Shown here piece by piece: positions 8,307-18,166 of a stretch of 64,000 bases of DNA. Numbering within the stretch: the first letter of the stretch is position 1; each line of letters begins with the position of its first letter. Position numbers and translations under genes: made by a program. This DNA is from Candidatus Termititenax aidoneus (GTDB taxonomy: Bacteria > Margulisbacteria > Termititenacia > Termititenacales > Termititenacaceae): the NCBI GenBank assembly GCA_003864455.1, contig BGZN01000005.1, forward strand, positions 9,280 to 73,279, given 5' to 3'. The notes below the pieces were generated by a model. The model made no database searches. It was not told the origin of the DNA and worked only from the letters and a program-made list of their open reading frames with translations.

Positions 8307-10103
8307 ATGCAAATAGACCTGATCCGCAATTTTTCGATTATTGCCCATATCGACCACGGTAAATCCACGCTGGCCGACCGTCTGCTGGAACTGACCGGCG
8401 CGGTGTCCGCGCGGGACATGCGCGCCCAACTGCTGGACTCTATGGACATCGAACGCGAACGCGGCATCACGATCAAGCTCAACAACGCGCGTTTGAGTTA
8501 TCAGGCTTTGGACGGCAAAGTTTATGAATTAAATCTGATCGACACGCCCGGCCATGTGGATTTTAGTTATGAAGTGTCGCGTTCGCTGGCGGCCTGCGAG
8601 GGCGCGCTGCTGGTCGTGGACGCTTCGCAAGGCATCGAGGCGCAGACGCTGGCCAATGTCGGTCTGGCGCGCGAACTGGGCTTGCAAATAATTCCGGTGA
8701 TCAACAAGATCGACTTGCCGGCCGCCGATGTAAATATGGCGCAGGAAGAATTGCTCGATGTCCTGGGTATAGACCCCGATGAATGTATTTTGGCTTCGGC
8801 CAAAGAAGGCCTCGGCATACAGGATATTTTGGAAGCGATAGTGCGGCGCATACCCTGTCCGCAAAACAATAACAAGCCCCTGCAGGCGCTGATTTTTGAT
8901 TCTTATTTTGACGAGTACCGCGGCGTGGTCGCGCAGATCCGGATCAAAGAAGGCCGGATGCGCAAAGGCATGAAAATGCAGACTATGCAGACCGGCCAAG
9001 AACATGAAGTGCTGGAACTCGGCGTCAAAACTCCGGCGCTGAAACCGGTGGACGAGCTGTCGACCGGCGAGGTGGGTTATGTCATTGCCAATATCAAGGC
9101 CATTGAAGACGCGACTGTCGGCGATACTATTACCGACGCTTCCGCTCCGGCCGCCGAGCCATTGCCCGGCTACAAACCGGCCAAGTCCATGGTTTTTTGC
9201 GGACTTTTTCCGGTGGACGGCGAGCAATTTGAGGCTTTGCGCGAAGCCCTGGGCAAGATGAAACTCAATGACGCGGCGCTGCAATACGAGCCGGAAACTT
9301 CGACCGCGCTGGGTTTTGGTTTTCGCTGCGGTTTTTTGGGTTTGCTGCATATGGAAATAGTGCAGGAGAGACTGGAGCGCGAGTATGATCTCAATCTACT
9401 GGCCACCACGCCTGCGGTGGAAGTGGAAGTTGTCAAAACCAACCGCGAAATAGAATTGATCGATTCTCCGGCCAAACTGCCGCCGGTCTCCAGCATCGAG
9501 GCTATCCGCGAGCCTTTGGTCAAAGCGGTAATCATCACGCCCAACACTTACACTGGCGCGATCATGGAGCTGTGCCAGAAACGCCGCGGAATATTTCGCG
9601 ATATGGAATATCTGGACAAGACGCGCGTGCGCCTAAATTACGAACTGCCGCTTATCGAAATAGTCACCGATTTTTTCAATAAATTAAAATCTGTCTCGCA
9701 GGGTTACGCTTCTTTTGACTATGAGTTTATCGAATTTCGCGAGTCGGACATGATCAAGCTGGATATTTTGCTCAACGGCGAGCCGGTGGACGCGCTGGCG
9801 GTCATCATTCACCGCTCCACGGCGGAATCCCGCGGCCGCAAACTCTGTGAAAAACTCAAGGAGCTGATCCCCCGGCACATGTTCGAGATACCTATACAAG
9901 CGGCGATTGGCGGCAAAGTTATCGCCCGTGAAACTATCCGTGCCAACCGCAAGGACGTTACGGCCAAATGCTACGGCGGTGACGTGACGCGCAAACGCAA
10001 ACTTCTCGAAAAACAAAAAGAGGGCAAAAAGCGCCTGAAATCCGTCGGTTCTGTGGACATACCGCAGGAAGCGTTTTTGGCGATGCTGAAAATTGAAGAA
10101 TGA
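8307..10103 (+). CDS. lepA: translation elongation factor 4 (LepA)
   Basis: The N-terminus reads [22 protein letters not shown], with a GTPase G-domain. The 598-aa length is typical. Confidence 0.95.
   Translation: MQIDLIRNFSIIAHIDHGKSTLADRLLELTGAVSARDMRAQLLDSMDIERERGITIKLNNARLSYQALDGKVYELNLIDTPGHVDFSYEVSRSLAACEGALLVVDASQGIEAQTLANVGLARELGLQIIPVINKIDLPAADVNMAQEELLDVLGIDPDECILASAKEGLGIQDILEAIVRRIPCPQNNNKPLQALIFDSYFDEYRGVVAQIRIKEGRMRKGMKMQTMQTGQEHEVLELGVKTPALKPVDELSTGEVGYVIANIKAIEDATVGDTITDASAPAAEPLPGYKPAKSMVFCGLFPVDGEQFEALREALGKMKLNDAALQYEPETSTALGFGFRCGFLGLLHMEIVQERLEREYDLNLLATTPAVEVEVVKTNREIELIDSPAKLPPVSSIEAIREPLVKAVIITPNTYTGAIMELCQKRRGIFRDMEYLDKTRVRLNYELPLIEIVTDFFNKLKSVSQGYASFDYEFIEFRESDMIKLDILLNGEPVDALAVIIHRSTAESRGRKLCEKLKELIPRHMFEIPIQAAIGGKVIARETIRANRKDVTAKCYGGDVTRKRKLLEKQKEGKKRLKSVGSVDIPQEAFLAMLKIEE
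10064..10096. repeat. 33-bp direct repeat, copy 1 (lepA 3' end), flanking the MntA/HepT cassette
   Basis: The sequence tttttggcgatgctgaaaattgaagaatgattt recurs at 10796-10828 with one mismatch. Confidence 0.8.
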
Positions 10104-10137
10104 TTTTTTAACGCAAATAAAATGATATAATAAGCGC

Positions 10138-10437
10138 ATGAGTAATTTTTTGTATAGCGTGGACGATATCAAATCCCGTGTTGCTGGTGTGGCCGATAAA
10201 TACGGTATTGGACGGGCTTTTTTGTTCGGTTCTTACGCCAGAGGCGAGGCCACTCCGCAGAGCGACATTGATATTTGCATTGAAAAAGGCCAACTCCGCA
10301 CCTTGCTGGAATTATCAGGGTTTTATCAGGATTTGGAAAAAACTTTACAGCATAAGGTCGATGTTGTGACTATGGACGGCCTGGATAATAATTTTAAGGC
10401 CGAAATAAAAAAAGAATTTGTGCTTATTTATGAATAA
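10138..10437 (+). CDS. mntA: nucleotidyltransferase-domain antitoxin (MntA-like)
   Basis: It carries the minimal nucleotidyltransferase signature LFGSYARGEATPQSDIDI. It overlaps the HepT start by 8 nt. Confidence 0.8.
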   Translation: MSNFLYSVDDIKSRVAGVADKYGIGRAFLFGSYARGEATPQSDIDICIEKGQLRTLLELSGFYQDLEKTLQHKVDVVTMDGLDNNFKAEIKKEFVLIYE

Positions 10438-10780
10438 TTCAAAAGACGCTAGTTTGCTCAAACATATTCTCAAGCATTGCGAGGCGATCATTGCCGCGCA
10501 AAAAAGATTTGGCCAGGATTTTGAAGTGTTTGCCAAAGATACAGATTATTTTAATTCTGTTTGTATGAGTTTATTGCAGATTGGTGAATTGGCCAATCAT
10601 TTATCAGCGGAGTTTCGGACTAAACACAATGTGCTGTCATGGCCGGAGATTATTGGACTGCGTAATGTTGTCGTGCATGGATATGGACAGTTGGACGCCG
10701 CTATTGTTTGGGCGACGCTTAATGAGGATGTGCCAAAACTTCTTCAGTATTGTGCTAAATTGCTGTTCTCAAGCGAATAA
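10430..10780 (+). CDS. hepT: HepT-like HEPN toxin (DUF86)
   Basis: An R-x4-HxY HEPN motif (LRNVVVHGYG) is present. The start is likely the ATG at 10430, overlapping the mntA stop. Confidence 0.8.
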   Translation: MNNSKDASLLKHILKHCEAIIAAQKRFGQDFEVFAKDTDYFNSVCMSLLQIGELANHLSAEFRTKHNVLSWPEIIGLRNVVVHGYGQLDAAIVWATLNEDVPKLLQYCAKLLFSSE

Positions 10781-10795
10781 ACAAAGCCAGAAACA

Positions 10796-10828
10796 TTTTT
10801 GGCGATGCTGAAAATTGAGGAATGATTT
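10796..10828. repeat. 33-bp direct repeat, copy 2 (duplicate of the lepA 3' end)
   Basis: It matches 10064-10096 except for one substitution (gaa to gag). Confidence 0.8.
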
Positions 10829-10922
10829 CAAATAATTTTGACGAAAAAATAATTAAAAAATTACTATAATATCCGCCCGGTTTAAGTTATAATCCTTACA
10901 CAAATTAAGTGGAGGAGATTTT

Positions 10923-11684
10923 ATGCAATTTCTCATTTTGATATTGATCGTTGCGGCGGTGGTCGTTTTGGCTTCGGTCAAGCAGATCAATCAATATGAG
11001 CGCGGTCTGCTTTTTTCTTTTGGCCGGTTTACGAAAATTTTGGAACCGGGCTGGCGGCTGGCGCTGCCGGTAATCCAGTCTTTTGAGAAAGTGGACATTC
11101 GCACCAAGGCTGTCGATGTGCCGCCGCAGGACGCCATCACACGCGACAATGTTTCGATCAAGATCAACGCCGTGATTTATTACAAAGTTTTTGACGCGGG
11201 CAAGGCGATCATCGAAGTCGAGAATTTTTATTACGCCGTGAGCCAACTGGCGCAGACTACCATGCGCAACACTGTCGGCTCGGTAACGCTGGACGAACTG
11301 CTGACCGACCGCGAAAAAGTTTCCAGAGAAATCTGTTCGATCATCGACAAGCTGACTGACCCGTGGGGCATCAAAGTTGAGAATGTCGAGTTGAAAGATA
11401 TTGCTTTGTCCGAAGAAATGAAACGCGTCATCGCCAAAGTCGCCGAAGCTGAACGCGAAAAACGCGCGGTCATCACCAAAGCGGCCGGCGAAGTCGAGGC
11501 TGCGGAAAATCTGGCCAAAGCCGCTTCGCTCATGGGACAGACACCGGGCGCACTGCATTTACGCACGCTCTCCACGCTCAATGATTTGAGTTCCGACCAG
11601 TCCAACACAGTAATTTTTGCCGTGCCGGTCGAAGCTTTGCGCGCGCTGGAAGGCCTGGCTAAACTGGCGGAGAAAAAAGCCTAA
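10923..11684 (+). CDS. SPFH/band-7 (stomatin/HflC-like) membrane protein
   Basis: An N-terminal TM helix is followed by an SPFH core (YERGLLFSFGRF...ITRDNVSIKINAVIYYKV). The RBS is GGAGGAG. Confidence 0.85.
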   Translation: MQFLILILIVAAVVVLASVKQINQYERGLLFSFGRFTKILEPGWRLALPVIQSFEKVDIRTKAVDVPPQDAITRDNVSIKINAVIYYKVFDAGKAIIEVENFYYAVSQLAQTTMRNTVGSVTLDELLTDREKVSREICSIIDKLTDPWGIKVENVELKDIALSEEMKRVIAKVAEAEREKRAVITKAAGEVEAAENLAKAASLMGQTPGALHLRTLSTLNDLSSDQSNTVIFAVPVEALRALEGLAKLAEKKA

Positions 11685-11715
11685 ACGCATCAAAAAAAGC
11701 GGGGTAAGCGGGGGC

Positions 11716-12813
11716 ATGTTCGGGCTCTATATTCACATTCCGTACTGCCTGCAAAAATGCCGCTACTGCGATTTCGTGAGTTTTCCGGTAAATTCTGTCC
11801 CTGACGCTTACATCGACACTTTGTGTTTTGAAATTAATGGGTATTTTTCTGCTGATAGTGGGTATAAATATAGTGATAATATAATATCGACAATATATGT
11901 CGGAGGGGGGACGCCGAGTTTGCTGTCCGCCGGGCAGCTAGCCCGGATAATCGCAAGCGTGAAAAATATTTTTGCGGTGGCGGACGGCGCGGAATTTACG
12001 CTGGAAGCCAATCCGGAAACTTACGCGAAAGAAAAATTCGCGGCCTATCGAGCGCTGGGCGTAAACCGGATTTCTTGGGGCGTACAGTCTTTTCAGCCGG
12101 AATATTTGCGGTATTTAGGACGGGCGCATTCGCGGGAAAAAGCGGCCGAGGCTTTGCGGGGCGCGCGGGAAATTTTCGACAATGTCAGCGTGGATTTGTT
12201 GAACAATTTGCCCGGGCAGACTCTGGAGCAAAGCGCGGCGGATTTGCGGACGGCGGTGGATTTTCAGCCGCGGCATATTTCCTGCTACGAGCTGACTGTG
12301 GAGCGCGGCACGCCGCTGGCTGCAGAAGGCGGCACGCCGCTGGCCGCGGAAAAAACCGTCCGCAGCGAATTGGAGGCCGAAATGTATTTGCAGACAAAAA
12401 AAATTTTGGCGGAAAACGGCTACGCGCAATATGAGATTTCCAATTACGCGCAGGCCGGTTATGAGTCCAAACACAATTTAGCCTATTGGTCAGATGAGCC
12501 GTATCTCGGCGTGGGGTTGGCCGCGCATAGTTATGACAAAGCCGGTGGTCGGCGCTGGGCGAACACGCGCAATCTCCAGGATTATCTCCGCAGGATTTTT
12601 CACCGCGAGACAGAGACGGAAAATGCTTTTAACAAAATCCTAATGGGCTTGCGCAAAAACAGCGGCATTCCCGAATCCTATCTCAACGCGCGCCAAAAAG
12701 CCGCTGCCCAAAAATTAGTTTCCGAGGAATTGCTGGCCTGGCAAAATAATAATTTGTGCGCGACCAACCGCGGACGCTTGGTTTTAAATCAAATACTGCT
12801 GGAGTTAATGTGA
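11716..12813 (+). CDS. hemW: radical SAM heme chaperone HemW (HemN-like, oxygen-independent coproporphyrinogen oxidase family)
   Basis: The protein begins MFGLYIHIPYCLQKCRYCDF at the internal ATG at 11716. It is HemN-like throughout. Confidence 0.85.
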   Translation: MFGLYIHIPYCLQKCRYCDFVSFPVNSVPDAYIDTLCFEINGYFSADSGYKYSDNIISTIYVGGGTPSLLSAGQLARIIASVKNIFAVADGAEFTLEANPETYAKEKFAAYRALGVNRISWGVQSFQPEYLRYLGRAHSREKAAEALRGAREIFDNVSVDLLNNLPGQTLEQSAADLRTAVDFQPRHISCYELTVERGTPLAAEGGTPLAAEKTVRSELEAEMYLQTKKILAENGYAQYEISNYAQAGYESKHNLAYWSDEPYLGVGLAAHSYDKAGGRRWANTRNLQDYLRRIFHRETETENAFNKILMGLRKNSGIPESYLNARQKAAAQKLVSEELLAWQNNNLCATNRGRLVLNQILLELM

Positions 12814-15800
12814 GAAAACTTTGGACAATTTTGTTGATCTTGCTGCTGCTGCCAGCGGCAGCCAAAGACCCGATGAAGCGCGGCAAGTCCGCTTTTCAGC
12901 CCGGCCGCGCCTATCCGCAGGTGGATATTTCCGGCTATGAAGAATTGGAATTTAATACTTTAGAGCAGTCCGGCGATCCGCAAAAATACCAAAACACAGC
13001 TGAATATTTAGGTCTGCCGGCTTCGGTTAAAGTTTACGACGGTTTGCGCCACCGCCGCTTGATCGACCTTGAAGGCCAGATCAACGAAAAACTTTACGTG
13101 CGCTACAAGATTACCCAGGACCCCGACCTGCCGCAAGAAACGGACATTTATGTCGAGTATGATAAATTCTCAGTGTATTTTGGCAAGTATGACGCCGCTT
13201 TGGTCAACGGCGATATGTTTTCGCTGGGCAAAGGCATTGACGGACTGCACGCCGATTATCTGGACAAGGATTTTGAACTGGAGGCGATTTACGGCGAGGA
13301 GCGTTCGCATGAGCGCGAGTTTTCTTTTCAGGGTTCGGGCAAACGCGAGTACAGCCTCGGCCAGACAAATATTGTGGAAGGCACGCTTAAGATCCGTCTG
13401 AACGGCAATGAGCTTTCGGAAAACGACTACCGCGTGGATTATTTTGACGGCATAATCGTTTTTGACAAAATCCTTTCCGTGCTGGACAAGATCGAAGGCA
13501 CATACGAATATCTGGACCCAATCGAAGATTTTTTGCCGATCTCTTCCAAAATTCGTTTGAGCGGCGTCCAGCACCGCTACAAAGCTTATCGCGGCTCTGA
13601 ACCGATAATTATTACGGCGGACGCGCTGTATCAATACGAGCCGGCGCTCAATGAGCCGGTGGCTGCGCCGCCGGACGCTTTGCGCGCGGCGACGAGTTTT
13701 GCTTATCAAGACGGCGAATTAAATATCGCGGTGCAGCGCGGCGCGGAGCAGGCGGTTTATTTACACTATCTTAACGAGCGTATTCCTTTGCAGCCAGCAG
13801 AAGATACCGGCGCCTGGACTTTGACTATGCCGCTCACGCAGGGCGGACAAGAAGCGTCCCTGGATTATGAATTTGCGGATTATACTTTGCGGCAGGAATA
13901 CCGGCTTTATTTGGAAAAACCGGATATTTGCGATTACCGCGTGTCCGCCGGTTATCAAGTCCTTTTGCCGGAAGGCGTGGTTAATTTTACGCGCGACAAG
14001 TTTACCCAAAACGAAACACTGCATTTTATTTTCCGCGCGTCTGACAGCCTGCCCGAAAAAATCCTGGTCAATTTTCAAAATGACGCGCAGGAATTGCAGC
14101 TCTCCAACGGAGAGTTTGTTTTCGACCGCCGCTTACTTGAGGAAACGGCCGGCGTGAAAAATTTTTATTTAATATTCAATCACGGCGCTGCAGACGAAAA
14201 GGCGCGCAAAGTGCCTTTTGCGGTGGACTACGCGCCGGTCGAGACCGGAGTTTTAGAAAAAATCCAACTGGCGGATTTTCCGGTGATCTCTTTTACGGAA
14301 AAAGTTTATTTTGAAGGCAGGCTGCTGACTGCCAATCAGGATTATAAATTAAACTACGCGACCGGCCTGCTGACTTTTTTGCGGCCGCTGCCGGCGGATA
14401 CTTATGCCTTGAAAGTTGAGTATGTGTACAATCAGACCCGCGCGGCGCAGGAAATCATCAAAGGCCGCGACTCGCAGGGGCCGTATGCTTTGGCGCACAG
14501 TTTGCTGGTGCCGGGCAGCGCGGTGATCATGGTCAATAATCTCAATATGATCGAAGGCGTGGACTACACTTTGGATCCGCGCACCGGCGCGCTCAGTTTT
14601 CCGCGGCGCATCAATTCGGTCGACGCTATACAGGTCAATTACCGTTATTTTGATTCACTGCTGCCGGCAGAGCTGCAGAAAAAAGAGCAGTTCACAATCA
14701 GCAGTTATTATGTGCAGGAGCAGGCCAAGTCCGCGGAAGGCGAGGGGTTGGAGTCGCATACGCTTTCCGGCGGAGACCTCAGCGTAACCAGCAGCTATGA
14801 CGCAGTCAGCCAAAACTGGCTTACGCTGATCACTATCTCAACTAAATATTTGCCGATTACCAAATTCGGCGAAGTGCAGGTTGACGGCAGTAAAGTCGAT
14901 ATTCTGGCCAAGTCTGAATATAACGGGCGGCTGGTCATTTCCGGCAATTACACGGACGCCAATCGTATCAAGGTTTCTTTTGACCAAGGCCAGGCTGCGC
15001 AGGCGCCGCAAATTTATTTTCGGAATAACGCTATGTTAACAGAAATAGTTCTTGACGAGATAACTTCTTTTGCCAGGCCGATCCTTTACGGCTCGGTTGT
15101 TTTAGAAGTGCGGCGGAAAAATGATCCTTTTTATATTCCCCTGGTGCAGAACCGCGATTATATTATGGGACGGGGAAGTGATTTGCTGTCCGGATACGCC
15201 GGCAATGGCGATGCGCTTGTTTCGGATAATGCGGAGGTTTGGCAGCGCGGCATTATTACTTTTATTACGGGCAATGCTTATACTCCTTACTATGCGTACA
15301 ATGGTTTCGGTCCGGACGATGATTTCCGCCTGACTTACAAAATTTCCAACGCCGAAAGCACCGACCCGGGCGATGTTCTGCATCAGACTTACGGCACAAA
15401 ATTCGCTTACTCGCCGACGGACTGGCTGCGCGCCGATGTGGAATACAATGAAAGCCGCAAGCGTTATCAGCGTGCTTCCGCGCAGGAATCGGTTACAAGC
15501 AACGGCTCCGGTTACGCCGGACAGGAAATCAATATTTTGAATTTATTAAAAAATAGAAGTTCGGCCTACAACAGCTTGACTAATTTGGAAATCGTCGAAG
15601 ACAGCGAAAAAGTTTATATCAATGACCGGCTGCAGACCAAAAACGATGGGTACACGCTGGCTTACAACGGCGGAGTTTTGCGTTTTCATTCCGGTCTGGC
15701 GTTGTCGCCAGCCGATATAGTACGGGTTGATTTTAGTTATTACAGCAGCGGTGTCGGCGAGCAGGAGCAGTTTGACGAAAAAGCCAAGGCTGCCAAAGTC

Positions 15801-18119
15801 GACCTGCGCCTGCGGCTGGGCGACACGGATATTTCCGCCGGTTATGTTACTGTGGATTCCAAATACGATCCGGTGGGCAATCAACCGGCGAGTTATCCGC
15901 GCGGCACCGAGGCCAAAAATATTATTATTAATTCCAAGCCTCTGGACAGACTGACTGTATATTCGCGCCTTGAACAGCAGGACACGCTGGCCGGCGTTTA
16001 CGACGATGAAACTATAAACCGTTTCCGCAGCACGACTTATCAAAATTACAGCGCGTCCTACGGCTTTAACACCAATGACAATATCGCGCTGGCTTACAAT
16101 CGCACGGATGTCAACGAGCCGGCGCCCAGTTTGACCACGGCGAGTTATTTGGTGGATACGCGGCAGCAGGATTATCAGATGGATTTAAATGTCGGCCCCG
16201 ACGCTTTCCGTACCGGGGTTTTCCTGCGCAACGCTGAGTCTTTTACCGACGAGTTGGATAAAGACAGCCCCGAAAAAACTTTTAACCGCAACGCCCGCTT
16301 GACGAATTTCTTCCGGCCTTTGAGCAATCTCACTTTTTCCAGTTCACTGGCGCGGAATATTGACGAGCAGCACAAAGCAGTTTTTAGTTACAGCGAGTCG
16401 CAGGCTTACTCAGAACTGGTCCGCTACAATCCCTGGACTATTGATAGCAGTTTTGAATACGCCGGCGCGGATTATCTCACCGAGCAGCAGGCCGCGGCAA
16501 ACACCAAAACCATCGGCAACGACCGCAAACAGGTTTTCAACTTTTCTTTCCGCCGTCCGCCGGAATTTTCCAGCAAATTTTTTGAGGAATTTTATCTGCA
16601 TTATGACAACACTTATGCCAGCACTGCCACGGATCTTTATCAGCAAATGCCCAATATCGCGCGGCAGCAAAATTTCAACGGCACGCTGCGGCCTTACGAT
16701 ATTATTTCTTTTAGTTATGATGACCGTTACAACCGCGGTTTGCTGGAAAATCATAACCGTACGGATTTGTATCAGGAAAATGTTTATAAATTTTCACGTT
16801 TTTATCCGACCAAGTATATTGGTTTTTTGCCAGCGGATTTTTTGATCGTCAACAAAGTAGAGTTTACGCGCCGGACTAATCAAAACGCGCGCGACCTGGG
16901 CAGCGGTACTACGCGCCGCACCTACACTCTGGATCATTACAACGCCTTGCTGCAAAGTTATGCGCTGAATCCGCTGGACCGGCTGACCTTAAATTTGGAT
17001 TTCAGCAGCAAAATGGCTGAGCGTTTGAGCGAGACTTTATACCAGGACGGCGGCTTGGCCGCGGCGGAGAGTGTCGAACCGGAAGATACGCAGACTGTAA
17101 AATTAAATTACGCCCTGGCCGAATTTTCTTTTTTGAAAAATCTTAATTATACCTGGCAGATGGATTTAGCGCAGCGCCGCATTAACCGGCGCAACACTTA
17201 TCAGGACGGGCAGGTCAGCGTCAACCGCGACGATCTGGACAGCGGCACGAGCCGCATGAATTTGAATTACAATTATTTTACATCGTTTACCAACACGCAT
17301 TATTTGACCATGCTGGAAGAATTTCGGCGCAACACCGGAGACAACAGCGGCACGCGTTATTCCTACGGCCAGACCGATGAGATTAACGTGCGCTATGATG
17401 TGCCGAATACGCGGCTGGGGCTGACTTATGGTTTTAACCGGGTTTTTAACAAACAGTTTGACATCAGCGGCGAAGTGATCGGCAAAAATACTTTGATCGA
17501 CCGCGACTACCGCGGCCGTCTGCTGCGTTACGATGACACCAACCGCCTGGCCGCCGATTATACGCCCTGGCAGGAACTGGTGCTCGATGCTTCTATGTAT
17601 TTTCGGCATATCGCGCAGAATATTCAAACCGGACGACGTACGCCGACCTATAGTAATATTCATGACGAGATCGGCGCGCGCTCTTATGAAGTTGGCGCGA
17701 CTTACAAGCCGCTGGCCGATCTGTCGATACGCTACGGCTGGCGGCAAAATATTTTTGAGCAGGGGCGCGGCACGGAAGAAAGGCTGACCGCTAAATACAC
17801 GCCGCTCAATTTTGATTTTGGCGAATTGAGCTACAGTTACGAAAATCTCTACACAGTCGGCCAGGGCACAAATGATCCGCAGCAAAACGACAGCTTAAAC
17901 ACTTTGAGCGGATTTGTGCAGACGACAGTGGTCGAACGCGACGATATTAAGGTAACTAACACGCTGACTTTTAAATTGAATAAAGATATTTCCAACGTCA
18001 TTATCGACAATATGATCGTGGACATTAATTTGACGCGTCTGCATTTTTGGGACAGAGAAAATTCCGAATATTCTTATTCTTTAAACGCCTTTTACGCGAA
18101 GGGCACAATAAACTTTTAG
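12810..18119 (+). CDS. very large (about 1,770 aa) secreted outer-membrane beta-barrel-like protein
   Basis: The likely GTG start at 12810 gives an N-terminal signal peptide (RKLWTILLILLLLPAAA). Composition is Y/N/T/D-rich. The C-terminus reads ...NAFYAKGTINF, with alternating hydrophobics and a terminal Phe typical of OMP barrels. Confidence 0.55.
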   Translation: MRKLWTILLILLLLPAAAKDPMKRGKSAFQPGRAYPQVDISGYEELEFNTLEQSGDPQKYQNTAEYLGLPASVKVYDGLRHRRLIDLEGQINEKLYVRYKITQDPDLPQETDIYVEYDKFSVYFGKYDAALVNGDMFSLGKGIDGLHADYLDKDFELEAIYGEERSHEREFSFQGSGKREYSLGQTNIVEGTLKIRLNGNELSENDYRVDYFDGIIVFDKILSVLDKIEGTYEYLDPIEDFLPISSKIRLSGVQHRYKAYRGSEPIIITADALYQYEPALNEPVAAPPDALRAATSFAYQDGELNIAVQRGAEQAVYLHYLNERIPLQPAEDTGAWTLTMPLTQGGQEASLDYEFADYTLRQEYRLYLEKPDICDYRVSAGYQVLLPEGVVNFTRDKFTQNETLHFIFRASDSLPEKILVNFQNDAQELQLSNGEFVFDRRLLEETAGVKNFYLIFNHGAADEKARKVPFAVDYAPVETGVLEKIQLADFPVISFTEKVYFEGRLLTANQDYKLNYATGLLTFLRPLPADTYALKVEYVYNQTRAAQEIIKGRDSQGPYALAHSLLVPGSAVIMVNNLNMIEGVDYTLDPRTGALSFPRRINSVDAIQVNYRYFDSLLPAELQKKEQFTISSYYVQEQAKSAEGEGLESHTLSGGDLSVTSSYDAVSQNWLTLITISTKYLPITKFGEVQVDGSKVDILAKSEYNGRLVISGNYTDANRIKVSFDQGQAAQAPQIYFRNNAMLTEIVLDEITSFARPILYGSVVLEVRRKNDPFYIPLVQNRDYIMGRGSDLLSGYAGNGDALVSDNAEVWQRGIITFITGNAYTPYYAYNGFGPDDDFRLTYKISNAESTDPGDVLHQTYGTKFAYSPTDWLRADVEYNESRKRYQRASAQESVTSNGSGYAGQEINILNLLKNRSSAYNSLTNLEIVEDSEKVYINDRLQTKNDGYTLAYNGGVLRFHSGLALSPADIVRVDFSYYSSGVGEQEQFDEKAKAAKVDLRLRLGDTDISAGYVTVDSKYDPVGNQPASYPRGTEAKNIIINSKPLDRLTVYSRLEQQDTLAGVYDDETINRFRSTTYQNYSASYGFNTNDNIALAYNRTDVNEPAPSLTTASYLVDTRQQDYQMDLNVGPDAFRTGVFLRNAESFTDELDKDSPEKTFNRNARLTNFFRPLSNLTFSSSLARNIDEQHKAVFSYSESQAYSELVRYNPWTIDSSFEYAGADYLTEQQAAANTKTIGNDRKQVFNFSFRRPPEFSSKFFEEFYLHYDNTYASTATDLYQQMPNIARQQNFNGTLRPYDIISFSYDDRYNRGLLENHNRTDLYQENVYKFSRFYPTKYIGFLPADFLIVNKVEFTRRTNQNARDLGSGTTRRTYTLDHYNALLQSYALNPLDRLTLNLDFSSKMAERLSETLYQDGGLAAAESVEPEDTQTVKLNYALAEFSFLKNLNYTWQMDLAQRRINRRNTYQDGQVSVNRDDLDSGTSRMNLNYNYFTSFTNTHYLTMLEEFRRNTGDNSGTRYSYGQTDEINVRYDVPNTRLGLTYGFNRVFNKQFDISGEVIGKNTLIDRDYRGRLLRYDDTNRLAADYTPWQELVLDASMYFRHIAQNIQTGRRTPTYSNIHDEIGARSYEVGATYKPLADLSIRYGWRQNIFEQGRGTEERLTAKYTPLNFDFGELSYSYENLYTVGQGTNDPQQNDSLNTLSGFVQTTVVERDDIKVTNTLTFKLNKDISNVIIDNMIVDINLTRLHFWDRENSEYSYSLNAFYAKGTINF

Positions 18120-18166
18120 AATTTAAGCGAGCGCGCTTCACCAAAATAAGTTAAAATCATGTTCTG

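Noticed and set aside
8529-9350. 273-aa antisense ORF inside lepA and similar antisense ORFs inside glnN, recG and ftsH
   Set aside because: They lie opposite highly conserved housekeeping genes. They are typical GC-rich antisense open frames.
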